From Opitutia bacterium KCR 482 (lineage in GTDB: Bacteria; Verrucomicrobiota; Verrucomicrobiia; Opitutales; Intestinicryptomonadaceae): 32,000 nucleotides of DNA. The translations under genes and the position numbers were made by a program. The DNA lies in assembly GCA_029269845.2 (NCBI GenBank), contig CP149973.1, forward strand, positions 1,260,001-1,292,000. Direction: 5' to 3'. The notes under the pieces are model-generated. The model saw only the letters and a list, made by a program, of their open reading frames with translations, was not told the origin of the DNA and searched no databases. Each line of letters opens with the position of its first letter. Position 1 is the first letter of the stretch. Positions 27,661 to 32,000 of this stretch are shown here, in pieces.

Positions 27661-27998
27661 CGCACAGGCGCAAGGTGCGCCACCCTACGGAACTTCGTTC
27701 CTTATGATGATTATGCGCGGCAAGTATACTTGCCGCTTTCCCCGATTAGTTCGTATTGACTTCGCCAATTACTCGCGTTGGGAAATTGCATACATAAGAA
27801 AGAAACCAATAAAAATAGACGCGCTACGCGCGGGCGCGAGCCGCGCCGGTCGTCGGAGTTTCGCCCCTTTCTGTAATAATGCGGCGCGGCTATAACCGCG
27901 CCTTTTCTGTATCAGTTCGTATTGCCTACGGCAATTACTGGCGTTGGGATATGCGATATTTAACGAAGAAACCAATTAAAATAGACGCGCTACGCGCG
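27661..27998. repeat. Two tandem V-type repeat units (27661-27832 and 27833-27998) directly after tRNA-Arg
   Basis: Homologous to 19088-19266. Vb hairpins are gcggcaag-tata-cttgccgc (27717-27736) and ggcgcgg-ctataa-ccgcgcc followed by tttt (27883-27906). Vc hairpins are attgac-ttc-gccaat (27755-27769) and attgcc-tac-ggcaat (27921-27935). Both units end in aatagacgcgctacgcgcg. Confidence 0.88.
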
Positions 27999-28010
27999 GA
28001 AAAAGAAAAA

Positions 28011-28045
28011 GCGGAAATCCGCAAACATGGATTCTCCGCTTTTTT
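28011..28045. terminator. A/T-flanked hairpin homologous to 19278-19311
   Basis: gaaaaa gcggaaatcc...ggattctccgc tttttt. Confidence 0.5.
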
Positions 28046-28668
28046 GTAAACTCTTCTTTTCTCCCAGCGCATTCTAAAAATCTTCGTGCGTCTGCACTGT
28101 AATTTTAGGCGCGTTAGAGTGCCGTTCAGGCGGCGGCTTTCACGCACAGGCAGGGCGCGTGGCGTACTTTCGTACGCGAGCGGTCTGACTGTGCGGGGAA
28201 ACGCCGCATCAACGGTGCTATAACGCGCCGCCTTTAGGGGCGTCAAAATGCCCCTATAAGAGTGGCTTTGCGAGTGGCTCAGGGTACGTGGCGTACTAAC
28301 GTACGCGAGCAGTCTGAGACACTCGCGAAACGCCCTACTTAACTTTTATCCCAGCGCAACTTAAAAATCTTCCGCGCCGTGCGCTCACTTGTTAGGCGCG
28401 TCAAAGTGCTTTCATAAGGGTGGCTTTCCTGTGCGCACAGGGCGCGTGGCGTACTTTCGTACGCGAGCGGTCTGGGCGCACAGGGAAACGCCCTTAGGGA
28501 AGTGCTTTCACGCGCCGTCTAAACGCCATGCGCTGTAATTTTAGGGGCGTCAAAATGCCCCTATAAGAGTGACTTTGCGAGTGGCTCAGGGTGCGTGGCG
28601 TACTAACGTACGCGAGCAGTCTGAGACACTCGCGAAACGCTGTTAGAGGGGCATTTTCACGCCCCGTC
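28046..28668. repeat. Array of about four U-type repeat units containing four complete H3 hairpins
   Basis: H3 copies lie at 28143-28195, 28270-28326, 28428-28484 and 28577-28633. H2 and the box ataagagtg[ga]c occur at 28236-28266 and 28543-28572. The ctaaaaatcttc or cttaaaaatcttc boxes lie at 28073-28084 and 28361-28373. The array ends in H4 ggggca-ttttca-cgcccc (28648-28665), 3 nt from the hisB stop. Confidence 0.88.
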
Positions 28669-29262
28669 TCAGATGGAGCCTTTTGTTGAGGGTATATTCG
28701 CGCCGCGGCGGGGGTCTTTTGCAACCGACATCGACAGCGCCTTTGCAAAGCACTTGAACGCGCCCTCCGCGATGTGGTGCGGTTCGTCGCCGTATTCAAG
28801 CTTGATGTGGAGGTTTGCGCCCGCCTCGTTGGCGAACGCCTGAAAGAACTCGCGGCAAAGCGACACGTTGAAATCGCGCACGCGGGCGTCGAAGCTGCCC
28901 AAATTGTAGACAAGAATCGGTCTGTTCGAGAGGTCTATTACCGCGCGGACAAGCACTTCGTCCATGGGGAGAATGAAGAAGCCGTAGCGGTTCATGCCCG
29001 CCTTGTCGCCGACCGCCTTTTTCACCGCCTGACCGAGCACAATGCCGACGTCCTCAACCGTGTGGTGGTAGTCGATGTCGATGTCGCCGACCGCCTTGAT
29101 TTTGAGGTCGAAAAGCCCGTGCCGCGCGAAAAGTTCGAGCATGTGGTTAAAGAACGGAATGCCCGTGTCGATTTCGTAGTTTCCCGCGCCGTCGAGGTTT
29201 ATTTCAAGCTCGATTTGCGTTTCCTTTGTGTTGCGGACTATTTTTGCGCTGCGTTGATTCAT
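28669..29262 (-). CDS. hisB: Imidazoleglycerol-phosphate dehydratase
   Basis: 197 aa. [46 protein letters not shown] and [16 protein letters not shown] are classic IGPD motifs. AGGAGAG SD upstream. Confidence 0.95.
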   Translation of the reverse strand: MNQRSAKIVRNTKETQIELEINLDGAGNYEIDTGIPFFNHMLELFARHGLFDLKIKAVGDIDIDYHHTVEDVGIVLGQAVKKAVGDKAGMNRYGFFILPMDEVLVRAVIDLSNRPILVYNLGSFDARVRDFNVSLCREFFQAFANEAGANLHIKLEYGDEPHHIAEGAFKCFAKALSMSVAKDPRRGANIPSTKGSI

Positions 29263-29271
29263 TGGACTCTC

Positions 29272-30372
29272 CTATTTTTGCGCCCATTCGAGCGCGGCTT
29301 TCTTGAAAAGTTTCATCTGCGCCGCCGTGCCGATGGACAGGCGGATACCGTCGGCTATTTTCTTTTGGGTCGGGAAATAGCGCATGAGGATTTTCTTTCC
29401 CCGCATGAATTCGAAGAGGTCGGCGGCGACTTTCGCGCCCTTTTTGCCGTTTTTATTCGGGCGGAAGAACACGAAGTTTGCGGAGCTTTTGTGGTACTGC
29501 CAGCCGAGCTTGTCGAAGAATTTTTCTACGCTCTCGCGCTCGGCGATGACCGCGCCGCACTTCTGCGCGTAGTAGGGGGCGTCGGCAAGCGCGGCTATTC
29601 CCGCCGCCTGCGCGAGTCTGTCGAGGTTGTAGCTGTCGCGCACTCTGTCGAGCACTTCGATTATCGCGGGGTTCGCGAACGCCCAGCCGATTCGCATGCC
29701 CGCAAGCCCCAAGCCCTTCGACGACGTTCCCGTGACGATGAGGTTGGGGTATTTTTCGACAAGCGGCACGCAGGAGTAGTCGGCAAAAGGCGCGTACGCC
29801 TCGTCAACAAGGACGATTCCGTCGAAGCCCGCGGCGATTTTTTCGACCGTCGCGCAGTCGAAGCCCACGCCCGTGGGGGCGTTGGGGTTTGTGAAGAAAA
29901 AGATGTTCGCCCCGCAGGAAAAGATTTTGTCGAAATCTATTTCCATATTCTTTTTGAACGGAATCTGGACGAGCTTGGAACCCTGTAATTTTGCGAGGAC
30001 GGGATAGAGAGAGTAGCTGGGGTCGAGGGTGGCAATCGGGCGGGAGTCGTCGGAGAACGCGCGGATTACGACGTTCAGGGCGTCGTCCGAGCCGTTTGCG
30101 GCGAACGCGCACGCGGCGGGCACGCCGAAGTATTTGCCGAGCTGCTCGCGCAGCTTGGAGCTTTCGGGATTAGGGTAGAGGCGCAGCGACGCGCCGTCCC
30201 TGCCAAGCTCGTTTTTAATAGCCTCGACGACTTTCGGGCTGGGCGGGAACGGAAATTCGTTCGTGTTGAGTTTCACCCATTTTTCAATGTCTTTCGGCTG
30301 TTCGCCGGGGGTGTAGCCCGCCATGTTGGCGACGGATTTTGAAATGCGTTTTTTCAGATTAAATTTTTTCAT
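29272..30372 (-). CDS. hisC: Histidinol-phosphate aminotransferase (class II aminotransferase)
   Basis: 366 aa. LNTNEFPFPPSP, YPNPESSKLREQL and the PLP-lysine region TGTSSKGLGLAGMRIGW. The start codon overlaps the upstream gene's stop by 4 nt. Confidence 0.9.
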   Translation of the reverse strand: MKKFNLKKRISKSVANMAGYTPGEQPKDIEKWVKLNTNEFPFPPSPKVVEAIKNELGRDGASLRLYPNPESSKLREQLGKYFGVPAACAFAANGSDDALNVVIRAFSDDSRPIATLDPSYSLYPVLAKLQGSKLVQIPFKKNMEIDFDKIFSCGANIFFFTNPNAPTGVGFDCATVEKIAAGFDGIVLVDEAYAPFADYSCVPLVEKYPNLIVTGTSSKGLGLAGMRIGWAFANPAIIEVLDRVRDSYNLDRLAQAAGIAALADAPYYAQKCGAVIAERESVEKFFDKLGWQYHKSSANFVFFRPNKNGKKGAKVAADLFEFMRGKKILMRYFPTQKKIADGIRLSIGTAAQMKLFKKAALEWAQK

Positions 30373-31145
30373 TTTTCGGATTCCCTCGTTTCCATGACAT
30401 ACCCGCGAATGTCGGGAATTTGCTTTACGCGCGCGCCGTTGGCGAGCCGCTCCATGTAGGGGTCGGGCTTGCGTTCGAGGCTGAAAGGTTCGTCGGGTAT
30501 GTTGTTTTCGTCAATGTCAAGCTCGTCGATTGGGTCGATGTCGTCGAAGAGCATTGAGATTCTCCGCGCCTCCTCGATGAGAAGCTCGACGGGGTTTGCG
30601 ACTTCGAATTTTTTATCTACAAGCTCGAAGCGCATTGGGTAGCAGAGCTTTTCGTAGCGCGATTTTATGTCGGCGATGTCGCGATTCGGGACGCCCGAAC
30701 GGCGCGAAAGCAGCATGCAGTCGGCAAAATGCGCGAGAGCGTCGGCGAAGGGGGCGCATTCGTCGCGGTGTCGGACAAGCGTTGCGCAGTCGAGCACGCT
30801 CCAAATGCGGGCGAGCCTGATTTTCCCGCAATCGACGGTCTTCTTGAACTCCTCGATTTCGTCGGCGGGGTTTTTCGACGAGTCCGCGACGTAGAAAACG
30901 TGCGTGAAGCGCGATTCGTCGAGCGCGTCGATTTTCGCGCGGGCGTCGGCGGCGTCGGAATAGCGAACAAAGCCCGCGTTCGGAGCGGAGGCTATTTTTT
31001 TGTCGAAGTCCGTGCGGGCTTCGTTTTCGGAAATGAAAACGCCGCAAAAATCGTCGTCGCCCAATGCCTTGTAGATTACGTCGGCGCAGATTCCGCAACG
31101 CCCCGATGTCGGCGTGCCCAAAATCAAATATGCGGGAATGCTCAT
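30369..31145 (-). CDS. Degenerate CobW/COG0523 (G3E GTPase)-like protein with an acidic C-terminal tail
   Basis: 258 aa from ATG 31145, which overlaps the aroC stop as ATGA. By-eye alignment to YjiA-type proteins: IPAYLILGTPTSGRCG vs IAVTLLTGFLGAGKTT; VFISENEARTD vs AVIENEFGEVSVD; FYVADSSKNPADEIEEF vs VIECTGMADPGPIIQTF; FADCMLLSRRS vs YADRILLTKTD. The Walker A Lys/Thr, the CxCC motif and the TKxD motif are all lost. The track start at 31244 lies inside aroC and is rejected. Confidence 0.6.
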   Translation of the reverse strand: MSIPAYLILGTPTSGRCGICADVIYKALGDDDFCGVFISENEARTDFDKKIASAPNAGFVRYSDAADARAKIDALDESRFTHVFYVADSSKNPADEIEEFKKTVDCGKIRLARIWSVLDCATLVRHRDECAPFADALAHFADCMLLSRRSGVPNRDIADIKSRYEKLCYPMRFELVDKKFEVANPVELLIEEARRISMLFDDIDPIDELDIDENNIPDEPFSLERKPDPYMERLANGARVKQIPDIRGYVMETRESEK

Positions 31146-32000
31146 AAAATTCGGCTCCTTACTGTTCGTTGTATCAATATTGCATCGGCACAAACCAGAG
31201 CCGCCATAGCCTCGACAATCGGCACTGCCCGCGGAAGCACGCACGGGTCGTGCCGCCCCCTGCCGACGACGGCGGTTTTTTCAAGCCCGCGCGTAAGGGT
31301 GGGCTGCTCCTTTGCGATTGTTGCGGTGGGCTTGAACGCCACGCGGAAATCGACGGGGCGCGATGTCGTTATTCCGCCGAGCACGCCGCCCGCGTTGTTC
31401 GTGCGCGTGGTGATGCCGCCGTCTTCCGACAGTTCGAAAATGTCGTTGTTCTGCGAGCCGAACATGCGCGCCGACGCAAAGCCGCCGCCGATTTCAAAGC
31501 CCTTTGTCGCGGGAATCGAAAGCATCGCCTTTGCAAGCTCCGCCTCGAAGCGGTCGAAGACGGGGTCGCCAAGCCCCGCGGGAAGCCCCTCTATTCGGCA
31601 GCGGATAACCCCGCCCACGCTGTCGCCCTCGGCGCGGGCCTTTTTGATGAACTCTTCCATTCGCGCCGAAACCTGCGGATTCGGGCAACGCACGGGGCTT
31701 TTTTCGACGTCCTCGAAACTCGGCATCTCGCGCTGCAAGGGCATTGCTATTGAATGCACGCTCTCAACCCACGCGGTGATTTTCACGCCGCCGCCCAAAA
31801 ATTTCCGCGCGACAGCCCCCGCCGCCACGCGCCCGATTGTCTCGCGGGCGGAGCTTCTGCCGCCGCCGCGCGGGTCGCGCAAGCCGTACTTGGCGTCGTA
31901 TGTGAAGTCGGCATGCGACGGACGCCAGAGCTTTGCGATTTCGGAGTAGTCTTGCGAGTGCTGGTTTTTGTTGCGCACAACAACGCAAATGGGCGTCCCC
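31142..32000 (-). CDS. aroC: Chorismate synthase; 5' end runs off the window
   Basis: ...GTPICVVVRNKNQHSQDYSEIAKLWRPSHADFTYDAKYGLRDPRGGGRSSARETIGRV... closely matches AroC. The reading frame stays open to position 32000. The track 'M' at 31978 is an internal GTG. Confidence 0.93.
   Translation of the reverse strand, partial: GTPICVVVRNKNQHSQDYSEIAKLWRPSHADFTYDAKYGLRDPRGGGRSSARETIGRVAAGAVARKFLGGGVKITAWVESVHSIAMPLQREMPSFEDVEKSPVRCPNPQVSARMEEFIKKARAEGDSVGGVIRCRIEGLPAGLGDPVFDRFEAELAKAMLSIPATKGFEIGGGFASARMFGSQNNDIFELSEDGGITTRTNNAGGVLGGITTSRPVDFRVAFKPTATIAKEQPTLTRGLEKTAVVGRGRHDPCVLPRAVPIVEAMAALVCADAILIQRTVRSRIL

Noticed and set aside
28046-28668. Possible CRISPR array
   Set aside because: The repeat units are about 100-190 bp and abut each other, rather than 25-40 bp repeats separated by unique spacers. 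There are no cas genes in the window.
27580-28668. Integrated element (genomic island or prophage remnant) at tRNA-Arg
   Set aside because: There is no integrase or cargo gene, since the region is entirely non-coding repeat. I found no convincing direct repeat of the tRNA 3' end. The weak resemblance of cggagtttcgcccct at about 27854 to the tRNA 3' arm is too short and GC-biased to count.
27704-28913. Small ORFs inside repeat regions (27704..27895, 27769..27975, 27935..28246, 28494..28913, 25805..26020, 26051..26290, 19630..19848)
   Set aside because: They are encoded by repeat DNA whose copies differ by indels that are not multiples of three. They have no RBS, show Arg/Ala-rich composition, and the frames are not conserved between copies.

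Overview
GC-rich bacterial chromosomal window with about 25 protein genes and one tRNA. I found no transposase, integrase, cas gene or recognisable defence gene. Many long Arg/Ala-rich ORFs in the supplied track are shadow frames of real genes, and several real genes start downstream of the track's first Met. Gene content, left to right: (i) a secreted or lipoprotein glycoside-hydrolase set (GH28-like beta-helix, GH36, GH30, GH127, GH2, a DUF4832-like protein and one unclassifiable secreted protein); (ii) a tight five-gene operon of two Gfo/Idh/MocA oxidoreductases, a divergent Nramp-fold permease, uxuB and uxuA; (iii) housekeeping genes: Aas-like AMP ligase, Zn-independent L36/L31, PII, ArsB/NhaD-type permease, purE, an RluA-like protein, recA, tRNA-Arg(TCT), and an aroC-X-hisC-hisB operon where X is a degenerate CobW/COG0523-like protein. 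The most unusual signal is non-coding. All three large convergent intergenic regions (19088-19643, 25607-26333, 27656-28668) are filled with one modular, hairpin-rich repeat family. Its helices change sequence between copies but stay complementary, while its internal loops stay fixed. This looks like either a REP/BIME-like element or an undescribed structured RNA family, and I cannot decide between these from sequence alone. The saccharolytic gene set and codon style suggest a PVC-type or similar gut or environmental bacterium, but that is only an inference.
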